NCBI RefSeq assembly: GCF_006345805.1
Contig: NC_043003.1
Location: 116,312,001-116,376,000, forward strand
Reading direction: 5' to 3'
DNA: 64,000 nucleotides
Source of the DNA: Octopus sinensis
Lineage: Eukaryota
Part shown: piece by piece, positions 13,418-26,985 of the stretch
How positions within the stretch are numbered: the first letter of the stretch is position 1
Layout: each line of letters starts with the position of its first letter
Notes under the pieces: model-generated
The model's database searches: none
Seen by the model: the letters and a program-made list of their open reading frames with translations, nothing else
What the model was told of the DNA's origin: nothing
Translations under genes and position numbers: made by a program

Positions 13418-13630
13418 TATGTGTGTTTGTGTGTCTCTGTTTGTCTCCCCAACATCGCTTGACAACCGATGCTAGTGTGTTTACGTCCTCGTAATTTAGC
13501 GGTTCAGCAAAAGAGAGAGGATAGTATAAGTACTAGGCTTATAAAAAAATAAGTTCCTGGGGTCGATTTGCTCAACTAAAAGGCGGTGCTTCAGCATGGC
13601 CTCAGTCAAATGACTGAAACAAGTAAAACA
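13418..13630 (+). mobile_element. SINE family B, 3' half
   Basis: Matches 7430-7625. Confidence 0.8.
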
Positions 13631-13744
13631 GTAAACGAATATATATATGTACATATATATATCAGAAATTCAGGGATGTATATCTACGGAGGAAAAATTG
13701 TAGGAGAATTTGTTGTTGAAAATGCACCTGAATTTGAAGATCTT

Positions 13745-14145
13745 AGAAACGTTATCACAGCGGGTGAAAGGCTTAGCGGTATTTCGTCTGCCGCTACGTT
13801 TTCAGTTCAAATTCCGCCGAGGTCGACTTTGCATTTCATCCGTTCGGGGTCGATTAAATAACTACCAGTTACGCACTGGGGTCGATATAGTGGACTTAAT
13901 CCGTTTGTCTGTCCTTGTTTGTCCTCTCTGTGTTTAGCTCCTTGTGGGTAGTAAAGAAATAGGTATTTCGTCTGCCGTTACGTTCTGAGGTCAAATTCCG
14001 CCGAGGTCATCTTTGCCTTTCATCCTTTCTGCGTCGATTAAATTAGTACCAGTTACGCACTTGGGTCGATGCAATCGACTTAATCCGTTCGTCTGTCCTT
14101 GTTTGTCCTCTCTGTGTTTAGCCCCTTGTGGGTAGTAAAGAAATA
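13745..14145 (+). mobile_element. SINE family A dimer
   Basis: The second, head-less unit begins GGTATTTCG at 13962 directly after AAAGAAATA. Confidence 0.85.
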
Positions 14146-15119
14146 TGAATAAATTTATTGACATATTTACCAAACTAGTTTTAACATTTTTGGTTTATCA
14201 ATGGTAAAAACGTATGGGATTTCAAATGTTTCAAAATTGCGAAGTAGGGAACATGTTTAAATGATTAAATATTCACAAAATTCAATATCCCAAATGATCG
14301 GTGGAGAATATAAAAAATTTGGATCACCAAAAGTTCTGTTATACTGAGTTAAGAAAGAGAGAAAAAAAGGAAAGGAGTGTTGTTACAGTCTCTGTCACCT
14401 TGGGTTCCATTTTGTCCGTCTTATGCAGCTTTTTTTTTTGTTTGCTTTTGCTTGTGACGGAGTGGTGTTGAATCAGTGTATTTATAAGTTTTTCCGTGAA
14501 CGAATCTAATTTTTGATTGGTTATAATTCTGATGACGTCTCATTCTTTCTGGTGGTCAAGTTTGACGTTCAGCTTGGTTGACTTCCCTGTAAGGAGTGGT
14601 CAGCAACCGTTGCAAGTGGTTGATTCTCTTAAAGGGTTAGTTTGTTTTATTTGCTGACAGTCTGGTCCTGATCAGAGGCAAAATTTCAATGGTCTGGAGG
14701 TAAATAAAATGAAAATTAGCTAAACAAAATGTATTTGAACATGAAATAGAAATAGAACTATATAAAGTAACATACAAAATAGATGTTTGTATCTATTCAA
14801 CTGATCTATGCTTGCAGCGACGGTAGAACAATGCTTTGGTGTTCATTAGGATTAAATCCAAACGCAAGCAGAAGACAATCTAAAAAATCAAGAATTTCCA
14901 AAGATTTTAATTCTGCTAAAGAATTAAGAGTCTCAAAGTCTGGAACAAGAGGATTGCTGGAGATATTTTGTATTTACTTCAATAGGCTTCATAATCTATA
15001 AATTTATGTATGAGCAAATATATGTGTGTGTGTGTTGCGTGTGTGTGTGTGTGTGTGCGTTTGTGTGTGAATGAGTAAATGCGTGTCAATATATTAAGAA
15101 CAAACAATTAAAAATAGGT

Positions 15120-15285
15120 AAATAAAAAAAAAACGAACGTGAGGACGAGGTGAGTTAATATACTAATTTGACGCTAGTTGAAAGGAGATAGTTGTAAACG
15201 TTTCTAGCATAGCTCTTTGTAGGAAAGGGAAAAGTCTAAAGAGAAAGGAAAAAAATAAGAAAAATTAAACAACGATACACGTACA
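15120..15285 (-). mobile_element. degenerate copy of the CCGACGA-hammerhead repeat family
   Basis: Minus strand TTTCCTACAAAGAGCTATGCTAGAAACGTTTA resembles TTTCCGACGAAGAGCTCCGCTCGAAACGTTAA. Confidence 0.4.
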
Positions 15286-15311
15286 CATACGTACATACAT
15301 GTATCTATACA

Positions 15312-15389
<78 letters not shown>

Positions 15390-15511
15390 GGTGATGGCAA
15401 GACAACAAAAGAATGCAAGAGACCTCGATATTATGTAAACAGAGGAATTTATCTGTAAATATAATATGTGACAATTATTCGGTTGCCATAATACAACTCC
15501 GAGTTTGTCTC

Positions 15512-15572
15512 GATAACTGACGAGATGCCGGGGCAGGTTTCCGCCCCGCCATCCGAAACTCGGAGTATTATT
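15512..15572 (+). ncRNA. type I hammerhead ribozyme motif, canonical core
   Basis: gataa-CTGACGA-gatg c cggggc aggtttcc gccccg c catc c-GAAAC-tcgga-GTA-ttatt: 5-bp stem I, 10-bp stem II, near-palindromic ACTC-G-GAGT stem III. Confidence 0.8.
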
Positions 15573-15642
15573 ATGGCAACCGAATAACTGCCACTTATTA
15601 TAGTATACTATATTATATTATATTATATATATATATATATCT

Positions 15643-15781
15643 TTACCAACCATATGGTTTTCAGTCCCACTGCGTGGCACCTTGGGCAAGTGTTTTCTAC
15701 TGTAGCCTCGGTCCGACCAAAGACTTGTGAGTGGATTTGGTAGACGGAAACTGAAAGAAGCCCGTCGTATATATGTATAGT

Positions 15782-15813
<32 letters not shown>

Positions 15814-16018
15814 CGTGTTTGTGTGTCTGTGTTTGTCCCCCTAGCATTGCTTGACAACCGATGCTGGTGTGCTTATGTCCCCGTCACTTAGCGGTTCGGC
15901 AAAAGAGTCTGATGGAATAAGTACTGGGCTTACAAAGAATAAGTCCCGGGATCGATTTGCTCGACTAAAGGCGGTGCTCCAGCATGGCCGCAGTCAAATG
16001 ACTGAAACAAGTAAAAAA
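15643..16018 (+). mobile_element. SINE family B (5'-truncated head)
   Basis: Matches 7270-7625. Confidence 0.85.
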
Positions 16019-16784
16019 GATATATATATGTGCCTGTCCTTCTAATTGTTATTACACTTGTCCGCCTTTATATTGTCTATCTGTCCGAATATTCTATTAT
16101 TCTCTATTGCGTTTCTGATCCATTTTTACATTTATGTATACATATAGCGGCGTACGTACACACTTGTACTCACCTTATAGTAGGTATGTATCTAAATTTT
16201 GTACGATTCTTACTCTATATTTTAGTCGTCCTCTAACTTTCTTCCTTCTTTCTTTTTCTTGTTCCCCCTCTCTCTCTCTCACATTTCTTGTCCCTCTCTT
16301 TAACTCACATTATTTCCCACTCATTTATCTCCCCTGTACGTTTCTCTTTGTCTCTGATTTTTTCCTAATCCTTCAATCCCGCTGGCCCCTACTCATCTCT
16401 CCTCCTTCTACGTGACTGGTGTCCGGCCAGCCATGATCTTTCTTTCTTGGCCTGGCTGCCGACCACTAACACCTCTTATGTCCATCTCCTATAGTCCTGC
16501 ATTTAGGCTTTCACTTCATACATGCCAACTCAATTGGATACATTCTCAGCTGAAAGTCAGCTGTTGTTCTTTGTATTCGTAATTATGTAATAACAGTTCG
16601 AAACGGTCGTGACTTCTGGTATTTGACTGAGGAAAGAAAGCACGAATGACCCGTCTTTTTTTGCCTGTCCTTCTAATTGTTGTTACTCTTATCCGCACTT
16701 GTACCGTCTCTCTGTCCAAATGTTTTATTGTCCGCTATTGCGCTTTTGTTCCATTGATATATATATACATACATAATATATATA

Positions 16785-16876
<92 letters not shown>

Positions 16877-16896
16877 TATATATATATATATATATA

Positions 16897-17110
16897 TAAA
16901 GTTAATCCAAACAAGAAAGCACAAAAAACACAACAACACGAGGACGTGGAACAAATGTATTATCATTGGACGCTCAGGAAAGAAGAAAGAAGGAGGGTTT
17001 AATGTTTTGAGCGGAGCTCTTCGTCGGAAACATAGGAGAAGGAAAGATCCAGAGAAGGGAAGACAGAGGAAAAAAATCGCCAACGGTACACACGAGGTCA
17101 CATTTTGAAA
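16897..17110 (-). mobile_element. (TA)n-associated short repeat with degenerate minimal hammerhead (CCGACGA core)
   Basis: Reverse complement of 26440-26636; the motif at 16997-17031 has GAAAC mutated to AAAAC. Confidence 0.7.
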
Positions 17111-17734
17111 AAAAAATATGTATATATATAATATATATACATACATACATACATGTATTAGTGTATGTATGTACGTACGTATGTATGTACATAACAACAA
17201 GCAAATATTCTGCTGGATTTATCTCGTTTCCATCAGCAATTGGTACCGTTCTGTTACCAAATGTTCATAAACGTGAATTTAGATATATTTAGTTATGCAT
17301 ATTGAGTGAATCGCTATTTACGAAGCAAACACCATTACAAAACATTGATTTGACATTAAAAACAAAATTACAAAACATCTCAAAATATACTGAATCCACA
17401 AGTTGGAATCGTCGATGCTAGTATCGTTCAGTTAATAACTTGATGTGATTATTCGGACGATGTTGTTGAGCAAGCTGTTACTGATTTATATTACAAAGAA
17501 ATCATAACTGATCGTATTGTATATGAATGTATTATGAATGCTAGAATATTAGATTCTGAGGATTTATTACGCAATTGCGGGGCTTCGTCTCGTGAAGCAA
17601 TCAATATAGACGTTGCTATGATTGCTGAAATAAGATTGTCAGATGTATAAAAACAGTAAGAGACAAAAAACGTTCACAATACAAAGGAAATGTGCGCGTG
17701 GGCATGTATATTTCGTATATATTTATGTGTGTGA

Positions 17735-17766
<32 letters not shown>

Positions 17767-17899
17767 GCAGTAAGAGCAGTAACGTGTTTAGGAGGTATCA
17801 CTGCCTAAAGTAAATCCAGAAGAAAAGGTTTCGTTTTCCAAGCGAGTGTAAAACGCCAATTTTTGGGATGAGAAAACAGATTGTGTGAAAGTATATATT

Positions 17900-17933
17900 T
17901 GTATGAATGTAGGTAGGTAGGTACGTATGTATG

Positions 17934-17967
<34 letters not shown>

Positions 17968-18592
17968 TGTATGTATGTATGTATGTATGTATGTATGCAT
18001 GTATTTATGAATGTATGTATGTATGTGGGTATGTTTGTATGTGTGTATGTATGTATATATGTGTGTATGCGTGTATGTATGTATGTGTGTATGTATGTAT
18101 GTATGTGTGTATGCGTGTATGTATGTATGTGTGTATGTATGTATGTATGTGTGTATGTATGTGTGTGTGTATGTATGTATGTATGTGTGTATGTATGTGT
18201 GTATGTATGTATGTATGCATGTATGTAAGTATGCATGTATGTATGTTTGTATGTTTGTATGTGTGTATGTGTGTATGTATGTATGTAAGTATGTATGTGT
18301 GTATGTATGTATGTGTATGTATGTATGTATGTATGTATGTATGTATCCATGTATGTATGTTTGTATGTGTGTATGTGTGTATGTATGTATGTAAGTATGT
18401 ATGTGTGTATGTATGTGTATGTATGTATGTATGTGTGAATGTATGTATGTATGTAAGTATGTATGTGTGTATGTATGTGTGTGTATGGACGTATGTATGT
18501 GTGTATGTATGTATGTATGTGCATGTATGTATGTATGTTTGAATGTATGTATGTATGCATGTATGAATGTATGTATGTATATGTATGTATGA

Positions 18593-18625
<33 letters not shown>

Positions 18626-19035
18626 CGTATGTATGTATGTATGTACGTTTGTATGTATGTATGTTTGTATGTATGTATGTAGGTAGTTATGTATCTATGA
18701 ATGTTTGTATGTATGTATGTATGTATGTACGTACGTATGTATGTATGTATGTATGTATGTATGTGTGTATGTATGTATGTATGTATGTATGTTTGTATGT
18801 ATGTACGTTTGTATGTATGTATGTTTGTATGTATGCATGTATGTATGTATGTGTGTATGTATGTGTGTGTATGTATGTATGTATATATGTATGCATGTAT
18901 GTATGTATGTATGTATGTGTGTATGTTTGTATGTATGTACGTTTGTATGTATGTATGTTTGTATGTATGTATGTATGTACGTACGTTTGTATGTATGTAT
19001 GTATGTATGTATGTATGTATGTATGTACGTATATG
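17900..19035. repeat. ~1.1-kb degenerate (TATG)n microsatellite
   Basis: Direct inspection; source of the HTYI/MYVC ORFs. Confidence 0.95.
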
Positions 19036-19535
19036 ATCGTATATCATATTAAATTAATGAGGAGAAAACAAGAAAAAGCATAAAAGAGTGTTGAATTTTC
19101 CGTGAAAATAAAAATGTTATAAAATGTCAATTTGATGACCGTTTCATGCTCAGTGCCTTCCTCAGGTAACTCATTATTAAGAAGGGGATTTGTAGAGAAA
19201 GAAAGATAGGAGAATAAGAGGGAAGGAATATATTTTATCCTGTGTCAAGGCATGGTAAAAAAGAATATCGTGTAACTATAAGTGACCAAGAATGTGTGAA
19301 AGTTTCATAGGTGAAAGCTATAGGCAATGTGTGTGTGAAATAGTGGCGTGCAAATTATAGTGGTGTGTGCGGGAGAGGAGAGACATTGTTTGAGCGAGCG
19401 TGTATCGGTGCAACAGGAATTTTTTTTATGCTGTAGGAATAAACAGGGGCAGAATGAATGATGAGTTCGTGTTGTTTTTTATCCGTTTGCTTAGTTATTT
19501 ATGTTTCTGTAGGTTTTCATGTAATGAATATATGT

Positions 19536-19605
<70 letters not shown>

Positions 19606-20001
19606 AAAGAGGAGCATGCTAAGAAAAAGGGTGCAATGTTTGAATTGGAGAGGAGCGAATACGGCACGAGTAAAGATAAACCTTCAAATTTCTATATACT
19701 CGTGTGTTTGTGTGGGAGGGAGGGCTTTCACGTCTGTATGGAACTATGCGTGAGTATGTATGTATATTGTGTGTATATGTACATATCATACACCTGGAAT
19801 ATCTGATTTTTTCGAATAGGTTTCTCTATATGTTGCCGAAATAAATCACTTATTCTTCCGAAATGATAGCTAGAGGTCAGACGTTCTCTGAATCGGGAGA
19901 AAGAGTGTAGGAAGATGAAGAAAATGTAAAGTTTGAGGAAAGAGAGAAAATGAAGAGAAATCGGAGTGTCGGAGAGTGAGAGGAAGTAAGATGAAAGACG
20001 T

Positions 20002-20075
<74 letters not shown>

Positions 20076-20444
20076 GGAAGAGAAACAAGAAGAATGAGAG
20101 GGATCTGAGAAATTGTAAAAAAACATTATTTGTAGTGAGAAATGCAACAAAAAATTAGAATATATCTTTTATGCGAATCTATGCATATATGTGGGTTTGT
20201 GTGTATGCAAGAATGTTTATATCTCCACACATAGTTTGCGTGTGTGTGTATGTATACTAATGTTTGTATATGTATGAATATATGTACATCGTATTTATTG
20301 TTTACATATTTCTCATAATATATAAAAAGAGAGAACTGATATTTATATCTGCCAAGGAAGTCGAATAGTCGCTGCTTTAGAGGGGTTAGCTTGACATTCT
20401 CTAAACGCCAGACTAACTCCTGACAATGTAAGGGAATCCGTATG

Positions 20445-20846
20445 TTTTCGGTTTGAACGGCAATTTTTAACATAATTTCTATGTAACTAACAAAATTTTT
20501 AAACTTCGTATACTGGTAGAATGTGTTTATAAAACATCTTTTTCTCTTGGCTTTATTGAGAAAATTCTATAGTTTGTAAGATATTTGTTGTTTTTCTTCC
20601 TTCAATTTCTGCAATTTCAACCAATCACTGACGTCTATTGAGGTAAAAAAAAACATTCTGTGCCGTATGAATATGTCCCTCGTTTAAGAAACAGATTGGG
20701 TTTATTTACATTTGTGAAGAAAAAAAGATACCTTTCCACCCACCCCTAACCCTAACCCTAAAACAGATTGAAATGCAATAGACCAATACTAGGGTCATAA
20801 TTATGGGTGACAATTTCATATGACACCGCTAGAAAAAACAAGATCC
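20445..20846 (-). mobile_element. non-autonomous TIR-type element containing (CCCTAA)3
   Basis: Inverted homolog of 36874-37323; telomere-type repeats at 20744-20761. Confidence 0.65.
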
Positions 20847-21482
20847 GGGAATCCTGAGAACCTTTGCCTAAGTCACCGTCACTAAAGACTTTATTAAAAA
20901 CAGAGCTAAGAACTGGTGCAATATAGGTGTCCTCTCTGTTAATTGAGAACTTAATGAATTTTAAAATTCTCGCTTCTTCTCATCCTCCTTGAGTTATTTC
21001 TATGTAATTTTAAATAGAGGTTAATTTTCGAATTATAATTTTTCTGCATCCACATCCGCAGCATTTTACTGATCGTGTGGGTGTAACACCATTTCAATTG
21101 ATGTGCACTCTAATTGCGATATCTTTCTATCTATTGATTTTTTTTCCTCTGTGTAATATCTAAGACCATATCTCTATGTATATCTGTATCTGGATCACTC
21201 CCTTTCCCCCCTCTCTCTCTCTCTACATATATATATATGTGTGTGTGTATATGTATATATGTATGTATTATACGCACACAGACAGCGACGGGAGAGAGAG
21301 ATACGTGTATATATATATATATCAAAAAGGATGCCAACCAACCATATATATATATATGTATGTATGTATGTATATATATATGTATATATGTATATATATA
21401 TATATAGATATATAGATATATACTACATGTATATATATATATACATATACATACATATATACTACATGTATATATATATATG

Positions 21483-21533
<51 letters not shown>

Positions 21534-22656
21534 TATGATTCAGTGTAGCATATTTGGTTGTGTTTTATTGTTTTATGTGTGTTTACATAGGAAGCTTCAT
21601 TGTTACTTCCACCTCTTTTGCTCCAGACTGATCATCACATGCTACCCAATGGCCGGCCTCACAACACTTCAGTATCGTATTACTCGCTTATTTCGTATAT
21701 AGTTGATGAATAATTGTATTGGTCTGCAACTCAATCCGTTGGTGATGACTCATCAAAAGCCTAAACAGGAAATTGTCAAACATCAACAAGTTTCACAAGT
21801 AATCAAGCCAAATTACTTAATATTACCAACATCTGTTGAAGCCGGACATCATGGCGTCATTACGTTGCATATATTTGCGATGCAAGAAAATTACATTTGA
21901 AATTTAACACATATTTAGATATGATACATTGATATGTATAATTTCTATTTTTTTTGTTTTCATTTCTAAGTTTTTAGTTTATGTTTGATATTATGTTAGT
22001 CTGACCATCAACCATATCGCCATCAATGTCGTATTTCTGCTATCTTTATTCTGGATAAGACATTTTTTTTGTTGTGCTTTTTGTGTTTGCTTTTTATTCA
22101 ACAGTGCAATTTTAGTTATAACCTTTAACTATTGTTGTTGCTACTTTTCTTGTATTGGATTCCCGTATTACCAAAGGGTTTTCTGCTAGTGTGTGGACTA
22201 AGGCCATCCTTCAGCTTTCAAGTTATGTTATGCACTTAGCAAATTAACGGCCACACACAATGTTCAGATCCATCTAGACTGGCATACAGTACCTCCGCCT
22301 GCGAGCAACAAAGCCTCTATCGGTCACTCAGAGAGTGAAGTAAAGTACACAAATTTCTCACGAACTTATCCACGTCAAAACTGAATGGATATCAATTGAT
22401 TAAGCCCCGTATTTATTGGCATTCTTTCTGACGTTGTGGTCACCATCGTTGCCGTCGTAGCTGTTATGTTCTTGTTGTTGCTTATTGCAGTTGATGTTTT
22501 ATGAAATAACATGTCATCCCTAACCGACTTCTCCCAGGAAAATCCTAACAATCCTGTAATACTTGCATTTGTGCGATTGTACCTTTCTTGTATGTTTATA
22601 GACATGTCAATCGTAGTACCACTGGTAAAATGCACATGTCGCCTGGTCAGGATGTA

Positions 22657-22884
22657 GGCGAGCTGGCAGAAACGTTAGCACGTCGGGTGAAATGCGTAGC
22701 CGTATTTCGTCTGCTGTTACGTTCTGAGTTCAAATTCCGCCGAGGTTGACTTTGCCTTTTATCCTCTCGGGGTCGATTAAATAAGTAGCAGTAACGCACT
22801 GGGGTCGATATAATCGACTTAATCCGTTTGTCTGTCCTTGTTTGTCCCCTCTGCGTTTAGCCCCTTATGGGTAGTAAAGAAATA
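22657..22884 (+). mobile_element. SINE family A monomer with TSD
   Basis: GATGTAGGC at 22651-22659 and 22885-22893. Confidence 0.9.
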
Positions 22885-23195
22885 GATGTAGGCAACCCTA
22901 CCGAGTATGCTTTCTACGGAAGGCATGATTTCGTTGGACAACTTGAGGACGAAAAACCAAATCTCTACAAATGTCGGTGAACTCTGTTGAGTCAACGAAC
23001 AAGTAAGTGAGATGGGGACTTAGCCTTTGTTTCGACATTTATCCAGGAGAAGGGAAACTGCGGTATAATACCTGAGTTGTTTTGCTTCCAGTGATGTAGA
23101 GTAGCACTCGTTGAGCAAATAACTACGTTGTGTAGAGAGTGAGACTGGATTAGTATCTATATCTAGCTTTCTATCTATCTATTTATCTATCTACC

Positions 23196-23262
<67 letters not shown>

Positions 23263-23468
23263 CACATACAATTGCAGCGTGGAAGGTGTATATAAACCAT
23301 TTAAAATGCAAACAATGAAGTTACATTCACTTCAAAATATTTTTGTCGCTTTGAAACAGTGCCTGCTCATTGACAAAATTCCGAGATGCAACACGGAGTG
23401 TTGTCAGTTAAGAGGTCGCGGTTTCAAAGCGAAGAAAGGGCCTGTACTACTATCATGGAACACCCACA

Positions 23469-23700
23469 TTCTTCTTCTTCTTCTTCTTCTTCTTCTTCTT
23501 CTTCTTCTTCTTCTTCTTCTCTTCTTCTTCTTCTTCTTCTCCTCCTCCTCTTATTCTTCTTCTTCTTCTTCTCTTCTTCTTCTTCTTCTTCTTCTTCTTC
23601 TTTTCTTCCTCCTTCTTCTTCTTCTTCTTCTTCTTCTTCTTCTTCTTCTTCTCCTCCTCCTTCCTTCTTCTTCTTCTTCTTCTTCTTCTTCTTCTTCTTC
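23469..23700. repeat. (TTC)n microsatellite
   Basis: Direct inspection. Confidence 0.95.
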
Positions 23701-23704
23701 ACAT

Positions 23705-23880
23705 CGACATGAAACCCACAAGAGTAATCAAGGGAGACAAAAACAGACAGAAACAAGGAAAATGCCCCTTGTATTTGAACTCTATGCAAATATTCCTTTA
23801 AAAAACTTTTCTTTCAATTTTTCCAGAATTTAATTTGTTTTCCATACTTACAGTTGAAAAAGTCTCAATGATTGAAACCT
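23705..23880 (+). mobile_element. family F repeat with truncated U3-A8 hammerhead motif
   Basis: Homologous to 44460-44630; cag-TTGAAAA-agtc tcaat gatt-GAAAC, then cut off by mariner sequence. Confidence 0.6.
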
Positions 23881-23889
23881 TCTATGTGC

Positions 23890-24122
23890 AGAGTTTCGTG
23901 GAATTCTGATGCAGAATTGAGAGTTTGTTGGGATCAACTTTTCGAGTCGAAATCTGTTGTTTTCTACCAACGAGATGCTGAAAATCTTGTTGAACGTTGG
24001 GAAGGAGTTGTAAACAACAAGGGTGAATACATTAATTATTAATTAGTTGTTACATTTTTCTTAAAACTTTCTTTTCAAAATTTAAGTTTAAAAAAACCGT
24101 GGGGACTTAGTTGCCAACATAA
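23890..24122 (+). mobile_element. mariner 3' fragment with right TIR
   Basis: Matches 26060-26285 (transposase C-terminus FYQR..E.LVERW..VV..KGEYI and TAGTTGCCAAC TIR). Confidence 0.75.
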
Positions 24123-24795
24123 TACATAAAATACAGAATAGACAACACAGCAGAAAGTGGTAAGTGCAGAATCTGTGGACAAAACGGTGAAACTGTATGG
24201 CATATTACCAGCCAATGTACGCTACTTGCCCAGGACTATAAGAGACGCCACGACAATATAGCCACGCTGGGCCATTGGACGCTTTGCAACAAGTATGGAC
24301 TTGACAGAGCAAAAAATTGGTACGGTCACAAAACTGAAGGCATCATCGAAAATTATAATGCAAAGATTCTATGGGATTTCATGATTCAATGCCACCATGA
24401 GATTGAGATTAGGAAGCCGGACATAATGTTAATTGCGAAAGAAAACAAACTGTGTTGGATAATAGATATAGCATGCCCAGCTGACAACAAGGTATGCGAT
24501 AAGGAAGAAAAGAAAAGTTGAGAGATATGACAGGTGAGCTTGGGAAGTTAAGTAGTTGTGGTCGATGTAAAAGGTAGCAGTATTACCAATAATTGTTGGA
24601 GCCATGGGAACAGTGAGCAAAAATCTCGAGAAGTACATGGTAGAAATAGGGGCTGCAATAAGGGTGGAGCATTTGCAGAAAACAGTATTGCTTGGAACCG
24701 CTCGAAAAATAAGAGGTGTTATCTTAGTTCACTGGTATTGAACAGCTGACACCATAGTACATCTCCAGCGTTAGAAGCTGTGCAAAGGCAATGAT
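24120..24795 (+). mobile_element. R4/Dong-type (RLE) LINE 3' fragment followed by (TAA)n
   Basis: Degenerate CRICG…ETVWHI…C and KPDI…IDIACPAD motifs; closely similar to 35150-35860. Confidence 0.8.
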
Positions 24796-24814
24796 AATAA
24801 TAATAATAATAATA

Positions 24815-24859
<45 letters not shown>

Positions 24860-25882
24860 TATTAATAATAATAATAATGATCACAGTAGGAAAAACAATA
24901 ATAATGAGTATAACATTGGTAATTACGATAAAATTAAAATAACTATCATAGATAAAATGATATCAAAGTGTGTACTAACTATATTAAACATACTAAATAT
25001 ATCGAACCGACAAAGGCAGAAACAACCTTTTAACACAAGACAGTAATCAGCATGCCAACTATTTCGGAAGATTTTTAATGCTTTGTAAATAAATATGTAA
25101 GATGTACACATCTTTATATTAATTTATTTCTTTTAGACTCGGATTAATAAACATTATTACCGCATTTCAAAATTTTGTAATTTGCCAGTCTATCGAAACG
25201 TGCGTAGACTCATTAAATAATGTCTAATTCTCCGGGTTTTTTTTTGTTTTTTTTTTAAAATTCTATATACGGTAACATTATGCTGGATCTTTTGGGTGTT
25301 TTAGCTTCGGATTTACAAATAAGACGGGCAGCGGAAGGTCATTTTATGACATACAGAATTTACAATAGCTATACTGAACAATTTTGATGACCAAATTTGA
25401 TACCATCCGAGTGCTTATAAAGCATCCACCTGGATTCTGCATCCTGTTTTCCTTTGTGCTATATATGTGTGCGTGTGTGTGTGTGTGTCTGTGTCAGTGT
25501 CTGTGTGTGTGCGTGTGTTTGTGTGTGTGTGTGTGTGTATGTGTGTATATGTGTGTGCGTGTGTTTGTGTCTATATACATATATATATATATATATAATT
25601 TTTTAAAACTTTTTAATAACCTGTATAATACTAATTGAACTCTTAAAAAACCAATATGTTATCTAAATTCTCATTTTTATAGAATTTTCCATGATGTTTC
25701 ATAAGTGTAACATTACTCCTTTTGGTGTTTGGGAATCTCTGATGTTTTTTCGGCTGATGAGTACGAGCCACCTATATTTACTGCAATTTTTGTAGCTTTA
25801 TTAAAGATGTCCTCATACGAAACAATTGTACCGATATATTGATCCATTCTTGTTGCTCTTTTCCTATATATATATATATATA

Positions 25883-26282
25883 TATCGGGTTGGCAACTAT
25901 GTTCTCGCCGCTTTTTTAAATTTTGGAATGTATTGCGAAGGTTCCACATGCTTTAAGTGTCAACAACAAAAATCAACGAGCCACAATCTGCTCTGGTTTG
26001 CTTGCTCGTCACCGCTCAACTCACGGACACAAGCATCTCTTTCAAATGCGATGCGCAGAGTTTCGTTCAATTCTGATGCAGAATTGAGAGTTTGATTGGA
26101 TCAACTTTTCGAGTAGAAATTGGATGCCTTCTACCAACGAGGTATTGAAGATCTTGTTGAACGTTCGGAAGAAGTTGTAAACCACAAGGGTGAATACATT
26201 ATTGATTAATTAATTACTATTTTTTATTAAATCTTTTAAAAATCTTAAATAAATAAAAAACTGCGGAATTTAGTTGCCAACC

Positions 26283-26287
<5 letters not shown>
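25883..26287 (+). mobile_element. internally deleted mariner element
   Basis: TIRs GGGTTGGCAACTA / TAGTTGCCAACCC in TA context. Internal translation SLSNAMRRVSFNSDAELR…FYQRGIEDLVER.EEVVNHKGEYIID* matches the mariner transposase C-terminus. Confidence 0.8.
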
Positions 26288-26328
<41 letters not shown>

Positions 26329-26390
26329 ATATATATATACATACATATATATACATATAACATATACATACATTACATATATATATATAT

Positions 26391-26422
<32 letters not shown>

Positions 26423-26439
26423 ATATATATATTTATATA

Positions 26440-26636
26440 TTTCAAAATGTGACCGTTGGCGATTTTTTTTCCTCGTCTTCACTCTCTGGATCTTTCCTTC
26501 TCCATGTTTCCGACGAAGCGCTCCGCTCGAAACGTTAAACCCTCCTTCTTTCTTCTTTCCTGAGCGTCCAATAATACTATATGTTCCACGTCCTCGCGTT
26601 GTTGGTTTTTGTGTTATCTTGTTTGAATTAACTGTA
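26440..26636 (+). mobile_element. (TA)n-associated short repeat with minimal hammerhead motif (CCGACGA core) at 26506-26540
   Basis: gttt-CCGACGA-a-gcgc tcc gctc-GAAAC-GTT-aaac. Confidence 0.7.
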
Positions 26637-26889
26637 TACACACACACACCACCCATATATATATATTATAATATATTATATATATATTATGTGAAATAGA
26701 AAGATGATCTTGTAGTAGATTAATCAAAAGTTTAACCGATACCTTAGTAGCAAAAATCACAGCAGTGAACAGCACGGTTGGAGGTACAACCATCTGGCGT
26801 TGCAACCGTGCGTTGGTGCGGATATTGAAATTAAAACATTATTGGTGAATTGAAGAAATGGAGCTGAACGCAGATTGAACAGAAATCGT

Positions 26890-26985
26890 TTTATTTCATT
26901 CTACACGTGTTTCGAAAGGCACAAATTACCAAAATCCGATTGAATAATGGGACCATATTGTGTCTTTCTCTTCAGGAAGAAAAAA
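26890..26985 (-). ncRNA. type I hammerhead in PLE 3' pseudo-LTR (element sense)
   Basis: Reverse complement of the motif at 29111-29206. Confidence 0.8.

Noticed and set aside
16600-16660. GAAAC…CTGAGGA…GTC in another swapped order (related CTGAAGA…GAATGACCCGTC at 40333)
   Set aside because: A stem III can be drawn, but stems I and II do not pair convincingly in either copy; a consensus would be needed to revisit.
20744-20761. (CCCTAA)3 as a chromosome-end signal
   Set aside because: Only three units, internal to a dispersed repeat.
22375-22635. 86-aa Thr/Asn-rich ORF resembling a glycosylated receptor N-terminus
   Set aside because: Short, stops without a clear splice donor, and no recognisable family.
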